The translations under genes and the position numbers were made by a program. The notes under the pieces were generated by a model. That model saw nothing but the letters and a program-made list of their open reading frames with translations. It made no database searches and was not told the DNA's origin. A stretch of 64,000 bases of DNA, taken from NCBI GenBank assembly GCA_964428505.1, contig CAYRYQ010000002.1, positions 454-64,453 on the forward strand, read 5' to 3'. The DNA is from an uncultured Eubacteriales bacterium (GTDB lineage Bacteria; Bacillota; Clostridia; Oscillospirales; QAKW01). Shown here in pieces: positions 39,538-48,315 of the stretch; positions within the stretch are counted from its first letter, which is position 1; each line of letters starts with the position of its first letter.

Positions 39538-42500
39538 TTAGCCTTGTGCAGCTCCGATGATGATACCGTTCAAACCGATATCCGCTCTCATCAGCAAGGT
39601 CGCGATCTCACCACGGGTTGCATTAGACTGCGGATTCAGTCTACCTGCGTCATCCCCTTGGAACATACCGGTTGTGGCTGCCCACTGAACATCAGCGACC
39701 GCCCAATCGCTCACCGTATTCATATCCGTGTAGGTTGCAGGATTGCCATAGGTGGCGTTTTCCTTTCCGTAAAGAACACTCAGCCGATGTAGAATCGCTG
39801 CCGCTTCTTCACGGGTAATGGTCTGATCTCCTCTGAAGGTTGCGTCTTCATAACCGTTGATCACACCCAGCTCAACCAAGACCTCTGCATAGTTGGCATA
39901 CCAGGTGCCCTGCAGATCGCTCAGATAATACCCATTCGGCGGAACAATGCCAGACAAGTCTCCAAGTCCCATCATTCTTGTTACCGCTGTAACAAATTCT
40001 CCTCTGGTGATCGAAGCATCACCGCGGAAGGTGTTATCGCCATAGCCGGTGAAGATTCCCATGTCATTACAGTAAACCGCAGCGTCATAATACCAGGCGT
40101 TGTCGCTCTTGCTCATGTCGGCGAACCGCTCTTCTGTTTTCATTTCTTCGGAATAGAGCAGCTGTCCGGAAGAAGAACGAACTTCAATTCTGGCCGGCGT
40201 GCTGTCGGTTGCAGGGATATAATACACGGTGATTTCACCGGTATCCACACTCAGTTCAGCAACGACAGTTGCTTCTTCATAGTTGCTGTCGCCTGCTTTG
40301 GTTAAGGTGATCGCGGCATTGCCGGGAGCCACTACGGTCACCACACCGTTTGCATCAACCGTCAAGACTGCTGTATCGCTGCTGGACCAGGTCACAGCAC
40401 CTGTTCCGCTGCCGCCGGTATAAGCCAGTGTGAAGGGCTCGTCGCCTTCGGTAATGGTTTCAGGAATATTGGTAATTACCAGCTCTTCCTGCGTGGCTTT
40501 TCCAATCGTCAGCGCGATCGATGCTGTGCTGCTGAGGTAATTTCCGTCTTCCGCTTTTACTGCGGTGATGGTTGCAGTGCCGACCCCAACCACGGTAACA
40601 TTCCCGGCATTGTCAACAGTAAGAACATTTGTATTGGTGCTGGTCCAAGTCACACTGCCTGTGCCTTTAACGCCGTTCAGCGCCAAGGTGAACGCCGCAT
40701 CGCCATAGGTAATGGCACTCGGTGCGCCGCCGATGGTTACAGACTGAGAGGCTTTGCTTACTGAAAGCGCCAAATCTGTTTTCTGAGCAGCGTTGTAATT
40801 TGCGTCGCCTGTCTTTACAACAGAAATCGTAGCGGTTCCCGCACCAACGATGTTTACCTTTCCGGTGTTGTCAACCGTCAGTACATTGATGTTGCTGCTG
40901 GACCAAGTCAGTGTGCCTGTTCCGTTTCCGCCGGTCGTAGCCAGGGTAAACGCCGTGTCGCCATAGGTTATGGTGCTCGGAGCACCGGTGATGGACACTG
41001 CGCTCTGATTGGCCTTTGCAACGGTCAGATTCACGGTTGCAGCAACCGCATTGTAATTGCTGTCTCCCGCTTTGGTTGCGGTAATCGTTGCAGTGCCCGC
41101 TCCAATGACTGTGACCGCACCCGTAGTAGCATTGACTGCCAATACGCTGCTGTCAGAGGAACTCCAAACCACACTGCCATTGCCGTTGCCGCCGCTGGTG
41201 CCCAGCGTAAAGGCTGCATCGCCATAAATCACGGTGGCAGGTGTGCCGGTAACGGTCAGCGTGCTTTGTGCCGCTTTTTCAACGGTGATTGTCAGGGTTT
41301 TGGATGTTTCATTATAGTTGCTGTCGGCCGCTTTGGTTGCGGTGATTGTTGCGCTTCCTGCGCCCACAACCGTCACAGCGCCAGTAGTGGCATTCACTGC
41401 CAGTACATTGGCATTGGAAGAACTCCATGCCACAGCACCGGTTCCGCTGCCGCCGCTGGTGCCCAGCGTAAAGGCCGCATCCCCATATTTTACGGTCGCA
41501 GGCGCGCCGGTAATGGCTATGGCCGCCTGATTCCCTTTGGTAACTGTGATGGTTACGGTTGCGGTTGCGTCATTGTAATTCGCATCACCGGCTTTTTTCA
41601 CGGTGATCGTAGCGGTTCCAACCGCTGCTACCGTTGTAAGCCCGGTGGTCGCATTGACATTCAAAACGCTGGCGTTAGAGGTTTCAAAGGTTACAGCGCC
41701 TGTTCCGCTGCCGCCGCTGATGCCCAAGCTAAACGGAGCAGCGCCATAAGCTAAGGTGCCGGGTACGCCGGTAATAGACAGGGAAGACTGGTTTGCTTTA
41801 TCAACCACAATGGTTACGGTTGCGGCAGTTTCGGTATAATTGGTGTCCGCCGCTTTTGTGGCAGTGATCGTAGCAGAACCCGCGCCGACTACCGTTACCG
41901 CACCGGTGGTGGGATTCACGGTCAACACACCGGCATCGGAAGAACTCCACGTTACTGCGCCAGTTCCGTTGCCGCCGCTGGTGCCCAGCGTAAAGGCCGC
42001 ATCCCCATACTTCACGGTGGCCGGTTTGCCGGTAATGGTTAAGGTGCCTTGGCTTGCTTTGCTGACTGAAATCGTTACAGTCGCGGTGATTATATTATAA
42101 TTGGTATCCGCCGCTTTGCTTGCGGTAATGACTGCCGTGCCTGTTCCTGTAACGGTAACTGCACCGATAGCCGCATTCACGCTCAATACGCTGGAATTGG
42201 AAGAGCTCCAGGTTACGGCACCGTTCCCGCTGCCGCCGCTGGTTCCCAGCGCAAAGGCTGCATCACCATATTTCACGCTGGAAGGCGTGCCGGTTATCGT
42301 CAGCGCGCTTTGTGCAATCTTATTGACCGTAATGGTCACGGTTGCCGTTGCATCTGAGTAATCATTTCCGCCCGCTTTGGTTGCGGTGATTGTTGCGCTT
42401 CCTGCGCCCACAACCGTCACAGCGCCAGTAGTGGCATTCACTGCCAGTACATTGGCATTGGAAGAACTCCATGCCACAGCACCGGTTCCACTGCCGCCGC

Positions 42501-44199
42501 TGGTGCCCAGCGTAAAGGCCGCATCCCCGTAATTGACTGTTGCCGGAACACCGATAATCGTCAGGGGCGCCTGCAGCGTTTTATTCACTGTCAAAAGCAA
42601 TGTTGCGGAAGTATCATTATAATTCATGTCACCCAGTTTGGTCGCGATAATCACAGCAGAACCTACGCCCACAACCGTCACCGTTCCACTGATAGGATCC
42701 ACTGCCAGAACATTAGGATCGGAAGAAGTCCAAAGGGTGGGGCCAAAGCTGCTGCCGCCTGTCACAGTCAAGGAGAAAACACCCGTATCAACCGTGATCA
42801 TTTCCGGCGCGCCGGAGATGGAAAGCGGTGCCTGATTGGCTCTGCCAACCGTCAGTGTAACAGAAGCTGTTGTGCCGAGGTAATTGTTATCGGCTGCTTT
42901 GACAGCATTAATCGTTGCGCTTCCAGTACCCACAACCGTCACTTCGCCGGTCGTCGCATTAACTGCCAGCACATTGGGGTTGGTAGAGCTCCAAGCCACC
43001 GTGCCGTTACCGTTGCCGCCAGACACATTCAGGGTGAAGCTGCCATCCCCGTAGGTGATGGTCGCCGGTGCACCGGTAATGGTCATCGCCGCCTGAGAAG
43101 TTTTATTTACAGTAAACAGCAGATCCGCTTGTTGAGCGGCATTGTAATTCGCGTCGCCTGCTTTGATCGCAGAGATCGTGGCAGAACCTGCACCCACAAC
43201 GGTTACTACGCCAGTGGCCGCATTTACGCTCAGCACGCTGGAATCGGAGGAGCTCCAAGCCACCGCGCCGCTGCCGTTGCCGCCGCTGGTTCCCAGCGTA
43301 AAGGCCGCATCCCCATATGAAACGGTTGCAGGGGCACCCGTAATGGTAACTGCGCTCTGATTCACTTTTGCAACGGTCAGATTCGCGGTTGCAGAAGCCG
43401 CATTATAGCTGGAGTCCCCTGCTTTGGTTGCCGTAATGGTTGCGCTTCCCGCGCCCACAACCGTTACTTTGCCGGTATTATCAACCGCCAGCACATTGGG
43501 ATTGGAAGAACTCCACGCCACGACGCCGGTTCCGCTGCCGCCGCTGGTGACCAGCGTAAAGGCCGCGTCGCCATAAGTAATCGTAGGCGGTACATTCGTG
43601 ATGGAAAGCACGGCCTGATCTTGCTTGTCTGCAACCGTAACGGTTAGTGTGTTGGAATATTTTTCATAAATCCCGTCACCAGGCGTATAGGTAATATTCC
43701 CAATTGGCTCAACGCCAACCACATTACTATCTTGAAAGTACGCGCGAAAATCGGCAGATCCGACCGCCGCGTCACTCTTTGCCGTAAAGGTCAAATCCAC
43801 CATTTTAAATGCAGAAATTGGGGTGCCATTGGCTAATTTTGTGACGTTAGCCCCATCGGCCCAGCTTACATATACCCTGTTGACCGCATTTGTCGGATTT
43901 GAGGTAAAAAGCCCCGAGAAAAACGGGATGCCATTCCCGTCCTTTGCAACAATGTCGCTCTTTGCAATTGAAAAGACATTATTGTCATATTCAACCATGA
44001 TTGCCAGAGCGGCAAGGTTTTGGGCATAATTTTTAAACCCTACTGTTACAGTAACCTTATCTCCCGGGTGAACCACCGTTTTGTCTGCCGCCAACGTGAT
44101 CGCAACCGGATCAGTGATGGCGGAGGCAAAAGAGAAGGTTAGCGCCATGGAGAACAGCATTGCTACTGCCACAGCAAAAGAACTTACTCTTTTAAACAT
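39538..44199 (-). CDS. SLH-anchored cell-surface protein: signal peptide, cohesin-like module, 13 tandem Ig-like (Big_2-type) repeats, 3 SLH domains
   Basis: 1553 aa. Signal peptide ending ...SFASA. Residues about 30-190 show a cohesin-like pattern (ITLAADKTVVHPGDKVTVTVGF...AIMVEYDNNVFSI). There are 13 units of 87 aa (ITYGDAAFTL.TSGG.G.GAV.WSSS...VL.V...TG.VTVVGAGSATITA.KAGD.NYN). The C-terminus has three SLH-like units (FADMSKSDNAWYYDAAVYC.., LSDLQGTWYANYAEVLVELGV.., YTDMNTVSDWAVADVQWAA..). Confidence 0.85.
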   Translation of the reverse strand: MFKRVSSFAVAVAMLFSMALTFSFASAITDPVAITLAADKTVVHPGDKVTVTVGFKNYAQNLAALAIMVEYDNNVFSIAKSDIVAKDGNGIPFFSGLFTSNPTNAVNRVYVSWADGANVTKLANGTPISAFKMVDLTFTAKSDAAVGSADFRAYFQDSNVVGVEPIGNITYTPGDGIYEKYSNTLTVTVADKQDQAVLSITNVPPTITYGDAAFTLVTSGGSGTGVVAWSSSNPNVLAVDNTGKVTVVGAGSATITATKAGDSSYNAASATANLTVAKVNQSAVTITGAPATVSYGDAAFTLGTSGGNGSGAVAWSSSDSSVLSVNAATGVVTVVGAGSATISAIKAGDANYNAAQQADLLFTVNKTSQAAMTITGAPATITYGDGSFTLNVSGGNGNGTVAWSSTNPNVLAVNATTGEVTVVGTGSATINAVKAADNNYLGTTASVTLTVGRANQAPLSISGAPEMITVDTGVFSLTVTGGSSFGPTLWTSSDPNVLAVDPISGTVTVVGVGSAVIIATKLGDMNYNDTSATLLLTVNKTLQAPLTIIGVPATVNYGDAAFTLGTSGGSGTGAVAWSSSNANVLAVNATTGAVTVVGAGSATITATKAGGNDYSDATATVTITVNKIAQSALTITGTPSSVKYGDAAFALGTSGGSGNGAVTWSSSNSSVLSVNAAIGAVTVTGTGTAVITASKAADTNYNIITATVTISVSKASQGTLTITGKPATVKYGDAAFTLGTSGGNGTGAVTWSSSDAGVLTVNPTTGAVTVVGAGSATITATKAADTNYTETAATVTIVVDKANQSSLSITGVPGTLAYGAAPFSLGISGGSGTGAVTFETSNASVLNVNATTGLTTVAAVGTATITVKKAGDANYNDATATVTITVTKGNQAAIAITGAPATVKYGDAAFTLGTSGGSGTGAVAWSSSNANVLAVNATTGAVTVVGAGSATITATKAADSNYNETSKTLTITVEKAAQSTLTVTGTPATVIYGDAAFTLGTSGGNGNGSVVWSSSDSSVLAVNATTGAVTVIGAGTATITATKAGDSNYNAVAATVNLTVAKANQSAVSITGAPSTITYGDTAFTLATTGGNGTGTLTWSSSNINVLTVDNTGKVNIVGAGTATISVVKTGDANYNAAQKTDLALSVSKASQSVTIGGAPSAITYGDAAFTLALNGVKGTGSVTWTSTNTNVLTVDNAGNVTVVGVGTATITAVKAEDGNYLSSTASIALTIGKATQEELVITNIPETITEGDEPFTLAYTGGSGTGAVTWSSSDTAVLTVDANGVVTVVAPGNAAITLTKAGDSNYEEATVVAELSVDTGEITVYYIPATDSTPARIEVRSSSGQLLYSEEMKTEERFADMSKSDNAWYYDAAVYCNDMGIFTGYGDNTFRGDASITRGEFVTAVTRMMGLGDLSGIVPPNGYYLSDLQGTWYANYAEVLVELGVINGYEDATFRGDQTITREEAAAILHRLSVLYGKENATYGNPATYTDMNTVSDWAVADVQWAATTGMFQGDDAGRLNPQSNATRGEIATLLMRADIGLNGIIIGAAQG
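40228..43620 (-). repeat. 13 tandem 261-bp coding repeats inside the SLH-protein gene
   Basis: Periodicity of 87 codons counted from the W(S/T)SS motif. Some units are nearly identical at the DNA level (41328-41484 vs 42372-42528). Confidence 0.85.
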
Positions 44200-44304
44200 A
44201 ATGAACCTCCTAATGTTATAAGATTTTCAGAAAAAAACGTTTTCGGTTTTATTCTGTTTGGGAATCCGCTCTCGACAAGCGGATCTTCCCCAGCTTGTAG
44301 GATC

Positions 44305-44313
44305 ATTATAACA
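44305..44313 (-). promoter_or_regulatory. extended -10 element (TGtTATAAT) upstream of the SLH-protein gene
   Basis: On the minus strand, TGTTATAAT about 100 nt upstream of the AGGAGG RBS. The -35 is poor. The leader contains the hairpin ggaagatccgcttgtcgagagcggattccc. Confidence 0.4.
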
Positions 44314-44483
44314 AATGTTTTTGCAAATTGACATTACCTCATGTGTCTTTTTTAACACTATTTGCGTAATTTTATAAAAATAATCGTTAAAAAAAGCTAA
44401 AAACATCTCCCCGCTTTATGGAATTGCACCAATATGCGAACTGCGTTTCATCCCTTTTAACGAAAGTCCTTTACAAACAACAT

Positions 44484-44512
44484 TCCCCCGCGGAGGAAAG
44501 CCCCGTGGGGGA
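44484..44512 (-). terminator. terminator-like hairpin after the GH127-like gene
   Basis: Stem tcccccgcgg / ccgtggggga (one mismatch), then a U-rich stretch on the minus transcript. Confidence 0.45.
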
Positions 44513-44520
44513 AAATGGTT

Positions 44521-46476
44521 TTATTTTGTATTGAGCCAAGCGGCCATACGGGAATCTTCATGCAGGGTCTTGCCGGCAGAAGCATAATCCACCATCATTA
44601 AGGTCTTGCCGTCTTTCAGCGGCACCGCCACCGCAAGAATGGCGTCAAACGGAACACTCTTTGCCGGCAGCCCTTTTACGGAAAGCATCTCATCCTTCGC
44701 ATCCACATCGATCTCCTGATCCGGATTTACCCCGGTGCGGGCATCCACCGCCAGCACCAGCGGCCCCCGCTGAAACGCAATGTGTTTTTGATTGTTTTCC
44801 GACTCGGTGATCTCCTGCGGGTAGAGCCGGTCTTCCTTCCAGTTCATGTCGGTCAGCACCGTGTCGCTACCATAAGGAATCGGACGGATCACCCGGGTGC
44901 GCATATCCAGCCGCAGCAGCAGTGTGTCCCCTGCTTTCCAGCAACGCGTAATGACATGATACCCCGGCTGCACCGCCTCTTCATCCCCATTGATTGAAAG
45001 CATGGTTTCTGCGCTCCAGGATGGAATCCTCAACGCCAGTGAAAACCGCTCTTCCTGCTCGGGCAGCACCGCGATGCGGATCTGCCCGTCCGCCGGATAG
45101 AGTGTGGTGGTTTTTAATCTTAGAGAGGCCCCGGAAGGCGTTTTCGTGCGGATGGTGCCCGGAATATAGAAATTCATTACCAGCCCGCTGCGGCTCAGCA
45201 GCGTAGCCGCCTTGTGCGCCACCCCGATCCCGGCCGCGCCGATACAGGCGCAGCAGCCGTAGTAATGCCCATCTTTCATTTTCTGCAGACCGCCGATCTG
45301 GCACCCGCGAGAGCCGGGCAACAATGGGCTGTAGCTATCAAAGGGCAGCACCTCGGGCGTATATCCCTCTTGGTTCATAATATATTGGTCGATCGCCTTT
45401 TTGGTGTTGAGGGAACCAAGATATGCATTATAGAGGGACTGCTCTATGCAATCGGCAAACGACACGTCCCCACTCAGCAGCAACAGCTGACAGCAAAATT
45501 TCATCCAGGTCACGGTGACGCAGGTTTCCTGCATAACCTTATGCTCCAGTGAATTGGGGTCGCTTTGCCGCACCTTGGAATGATCCAGCAGCTCATGGGT
45601 GCAGCCGGCGCTGCCGATGATCGTGATATCGGTATCCATCAGGTGTTTGCCGTAATTCAAAACAGCGGTTTTATACTTTTCTTCTTTGGTGACCCGGTAG
45701 TACTCCAGAACCCCTTCAAAAAAAGACATCATTTCATAGGCCTTGGTGACCGGATATTGATAGGGAGCCAGTTTATCTTCCAACGCCATATCCACCAAAT
45801 TGCCAAAAGCAGTTCCGCCACAATCCACCACATAGGCGGCAAAGTCCAGATACCGTTGTTCCCCGGTCAGATTATAAAGCCGCACCACCGGCTCCAGAAT
45901 GGTGGAAGAATTCAGCCCGCGCCAGGTCTGGGAGGTTTCAAAAATCCCGATCTTCCCTTCTTCTGGGCCAATCTTGCCGATCAGATCGTCCACCTGCCGG
46001 CACATGGAATCGATCAGGCGCCGGTTCAGCGCTGCATCCTCGCTGATCTCCAAAAAATACTGCATACCCAGCAGCACATATTTTCTGCACCACAGATCCC
46101 AGCCAAACAGTTCCTTTTCCGCCGTAAAGGAAGAAATGCGTCCCGCCTCATCCTGGGTGGTCAGGATATCCTCCATTGTCTCCGTTAACAGCCGGTAAAG
46201 CGCATCGTCCCGGGTGTAGGCATACACAAAGCAGGCCCCCCGCATCATTTTTCCCCAGTATTCCCCGCGCCAGGCGCCCTTCTCGCTGTCCAGCCCGTCT
46301 CGGAATTGCTGCACAAACCGCTTCCAGAGCGTGCGGTTCATGAGCTGCTCGTCGTGCACAAACTGAAAAGCCTTTTCAATACATCCCTCAAATTCCGCGC
46401 GCTGGTCAAAATCGATCAACAGCGCGTCTGTTTCCAAGCGTTTAAAATTTGCGGTGTGCTCCTGATACTGATTCAT
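44521..46476 (-). CDS. glycoside hydrolase family 127-like (DUF1680, beta-L-arabinofuranosidase-type)
   Basis: 651 aa. QETCVTV (Glu-x-Cys) and YYGCCAC (Cys-Cys) resemble the Zn/catalytic Cys motifs I recall for HypBA1-type GH127. Size and cytoplasmic location fit. Family assignment is from memory only. Confidence 0.55.
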   Translation of the reverse strand: MNQYQEHTANFKRLETDALLIDFDQRAEFEGCIEKAFQFVHDEQLMNRTLWKRFVQQFRDGLDSEKGAWRGEYWGKMMRGACFVYAYTRDDALYRLLTETMEDILTTQDEAGRISSFTAEKELFGWDLWCRKYVLLGMQYFLEISEDAALNRRLIDSMCRQVDDLIGKIGPEEGKIGIFETSQTWRGLNSSTILEPVVRLYNLTGEQRYLDFAAYVVDCGGTAFGNLVDMALEDKLAPYQYPVTKAYEMMSFFEGVLEYYRVTKEEKYKTAVLNYGKHLMDTDITIIGSAGCTHELLDHSKVRQSDPNSLEHKVMQETCVTVTWMKFCCQLLLLSGDVSFADCIEQSLYNAYLGSLNTKKAIDQYIMNQEGYTPEVLPFDSYSPLLPGSRGCQIGGLQKMKDGHYYGCCACIGAAGIGVAHKAATLLSRSGLVMNFYIPGTIRTKTPSGASLRLKTTTLYPADGQIRIAVLPEQEERFSLALRIPSWSAETMLSINGDEEAVQPGYHVITRCWKAGDTLLLRLDMRTRVIRPIPYGSDTVLTDMNWKEDRLYPQEITESENNQKHIAFQRGPLVLAVDARTGVNPDQEIDVDAKDEMLSVKGLPAKSVPFDAILAVAVPLKDGKTLMMVDYASAGKTLHEDSRMAAWLNTK

Positions 46477-47750
46477 ATTTTCCCTTTCTGTTCTTCATCC
46501 AGAACCAAACGGATATCGGCGCCCAAGGAAGCGAATTTTTCCACAATCCGTTCGTAGCCCCGCCGGATATGATCCACCTCTTCAATGGTGGTGGTTCCCT
46601 TTGCCATCATTCCGGCAATGACCATGGCTGCTCCGGCCCTAAGATCACAAGCCCGCACCGGCGCGCCCAGAAGTTCCCGGCCGCCCTCAATGGTAGCAAC
46701 CTTACCGGCCACTGATATTTCCGCGCCCATCCGGGTCAATTCTTCTGTATACTTAAAGCGGCTGTCCCAGACGCCTTCGTTGATTTTGCTGGTTCCTTCC
46801 GCCCGCAGCATCACGGTTGCCATTTGCGGCTGCATGTCGGTGGGAAAGCCGGGGTACGGCATGGTTTTGATATTGGTGCGCAGGAGAGGCTCTGTGGCGT
46901 CCACCAGAATAGAATCGTCATATTCCGTAATGACAACGCCCATTTCCTCCAATTTCGCCGTAATGCACTCGAGGTGCTTTGGGATGACGTTCTGAATCAA
47001 CACCTTGCCGCCGGTCGCCGCCGCGGCCGCCATATATGTACCCGCCTCAATCTGGTCGGGAATCACCGCGTAGGTTCCGCCCCGCAGCTGCGCGACGCCC
47101 TCCACCTTGATCACGTCTGTCCCGGCGCCGCGGATGTTGGCGCCCATGGAATTCAAAAAATTAGCCACATCCACAATATGCGGCTCTTTCGCCGCGTTTT
47201 CAATGACCGTCAGCCCCTGCGCCTTGGTCGCGGCCAGCATGGCATTAATGGTCGCGCCCACCGAAACCAAATCCAGATAGATTCCGGTGCCGGTCAGCTG
47301 CGTGCTGTTGCAGGTCACATTGCCATGGAGCACATGAACGGTTGCCCCCAGCTGCTCAAAGGCTTTAATATGCTGATCCATCGGCCGCGCACCCAGGTGA
47401 CAGCCCCCCGGCATCGCCACGGTGGCCTCTCCATACCGCCCCAGCAGCGCGCCTAAAAAATAATACGAGGCACGGAATTTGCGTGCGTACTCATAGGGCA
47501 CTTCTGTGCAGCGAACGCGAGAACAATCCACCTCTAATGTTTTTTCATCAATGTGGTGGACTCTGGCACCCATGGCGATCAGAATATTACAGATATTTTC
47601 CACATCACTGATGTGCGGAACGTTTTCAATCCGGCAAACCCCATCCACCAGCATGGCGGCGGGCAATATGGCAACAATCGCGTTTTTAGCCCCTGCGATT
47701 TCCACCGTTCCATGAAGGCGGCAAGGCCCGTGGATGATGATTTTATCCAT
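46473..47750 (-). CDS. murA: UDP-N-acetylglucosamine 1-carboxyvinyltransferase
   Basis: 425 aa, collinear with Bacillus MurAA as I recall it: GAKNAIVAILPA, KFRASYYFLGALLGR, MPGGCHLGARPMDQHIK (catalytic Cys), YPGFPTDMQ, DLRAGAAMVIAG, HIRRGYE. Confidence 0.9.
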   Translation of the reverse strand: MDKIIIHGPCRLHGTVEIAGAKNAIVAILPAAMLVDGVCRIENVPHISDVENICNILIAMGARVHHIDEKTLEVDCSRVRCTEVPYEYARKFRASYYFLGALLGRYGEATVAMPGGCHLGARPMDQHIKAFEQLGATVHVLHGNVTCNSTQLTGTGIYLDLVSVGATINAMLAATKAQGLTVIENAAKEPHIVDVANFLNSMGANIRGAGTDVIKVEGVAQLRGGTYAVIPDQIEAGTYMAAAAATGGKVLIQNVIPKHLECITAKLEEMGVVITEYDDSILVDATEPLLRTNIKTMPYPGFPTDMQPQMATVMLRAEGTSKINEGVWDSRFKYTEELTRMGAEISVAGKVATIEGGRELLGAPVRACDLRAGAAMVIAGMMAKGTTTIEEVDHIRRGYERIVEKFASLGADIRLVLDEEQKGKI

Positions 47751-47788
47751 CTGTTCACCTGTCTTTCTATATTTGCCCGATTAATGGT

Positions 47789-47797
47789 ATTGTACCA
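47789..47797 (-). promoter_or_regulatory. extended -10 element (TGgTACAAT) upstream of murA
   Basis: On the minus strand, TGGTACAAT about 35 nt upstream of the murA ATG. The -35 is weak. Confidence 0.35.
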
Positions 47798-47954
47798 TAC
47801 AGTTTATGAAAAGAAAAGTCCATATGCCAAACTTCCCGCCTATTTTCTTCCAAAAAACGCCGAACCTGATCAGGCCCGGCGCTGCACGTATTTTTCTTAA
47901 ACCGAAAACCCGCGTCTTTCTTTCGTAGAGGGACCCCTATCGGCGTGTTGCATT

Positions 47955-47991
47955 TTAAAAATGGATGCCCGCTCAAAGCGCGGGCATCCAT
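47955..47991 (-). terminator. intrinsic terminator after tRNA-Leu
   Basis: 12-bp stem atggatgcccgc / gcgggcatccat. The plus-strand A-run gives a U-run on the minus transcript. A second G-U-containing hairpin plus U6 lies at about 47855-47885. Confidence 0.65.
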
Positions 47992-48015
47992 CTGATTGCT
48001 CCGCTTCGCGAAGCT

Positions 48016-48103
48016 TGGTGCTGGTGACCGGAATCGAACCGGTACGGGTTATTCACCCACGGGATTTTAAGTCCCGGGCGTCTGCCAGTTCCGCCACACC
48101 AGC
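48016..48103 (-). tRNA. tRNA-Leu (anticodon UAA), CCA encoded
   Basis: Hand-folded cloverleaf: acceptor GCTGGTG/CACCAGC, anticodon stem CGGGA/TCCCG with loop CTTAAAA, long variable arm, T-arm ACCGG-TTCGATT-CCGGT, then ACCA. Confidence 0.9.
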
Positions 48104-48122
48104 ATTTAGGAACGCAACAGTC

Positions 48123-48151
48123 AGTTTAGCATAAAAGCATATATTTGTCAA
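48123..48151 (-). promoter_or_regulatory. predicted promoter of tRNA-Leu
   Basis: On the minus strand, TTGACA, 17 nt, TAAACT, about 20 nt upstream of the mature 5' end. Confidence 0.5.
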
Positions 48152-48315
48152 TCGCTTTCAAGAATATTTATTCCGCTCCGCTTTCCTGTAGAACCGCTTC
48201 CCGCCGGACCGCCCGACACGAAGAACCGCCACTTTCCGGCATGCTCCCTTCTGCTTGAGGCAGCAAAGGCCCAGCCTGCATTCCAGCCATTCCCGCGTCG
48301 GCCCGGCCGCGGTTT

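Noticed and set aside
40228-43620. Regular 261-bp periodic repeats that could be mistaken for a repeat array or CRISPR-like locus.
   Set aside because: The period is an exact multiple of three and lies inside one uninterrupted 1553-codon frame encoding Ig-like domains. There is no short repeat/spacer architecture and there are no cas genes.
47955-48151. tRNA-Leu as a possible integration site for a mobile element.
   Set aside because: No integrase, no direct repeat of the tRNA 3' end and no compositional break are visible on either side. The neighbours are murA and ymdB, both housekeeping genes.
48152-48315. GC-rich ~160-nt spacer between ymdB and the tRNA-Leu promoter. On the minus strand it contains GGUCCGGCGGGAAGCGG, which superficially resembles the SRP RNA domain IV core (GGUCCGGAAGGAAGCAGC).
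   Set aside because: The would-be tetraloop is GGCG, not GNAR. The flanking symmetric and asymmetric loop sequences are absent, and the region is too short for the long Firmicutes SRP RNA. It is more likely a structured 3' UTR of ymdB. A cmscan would settle it.
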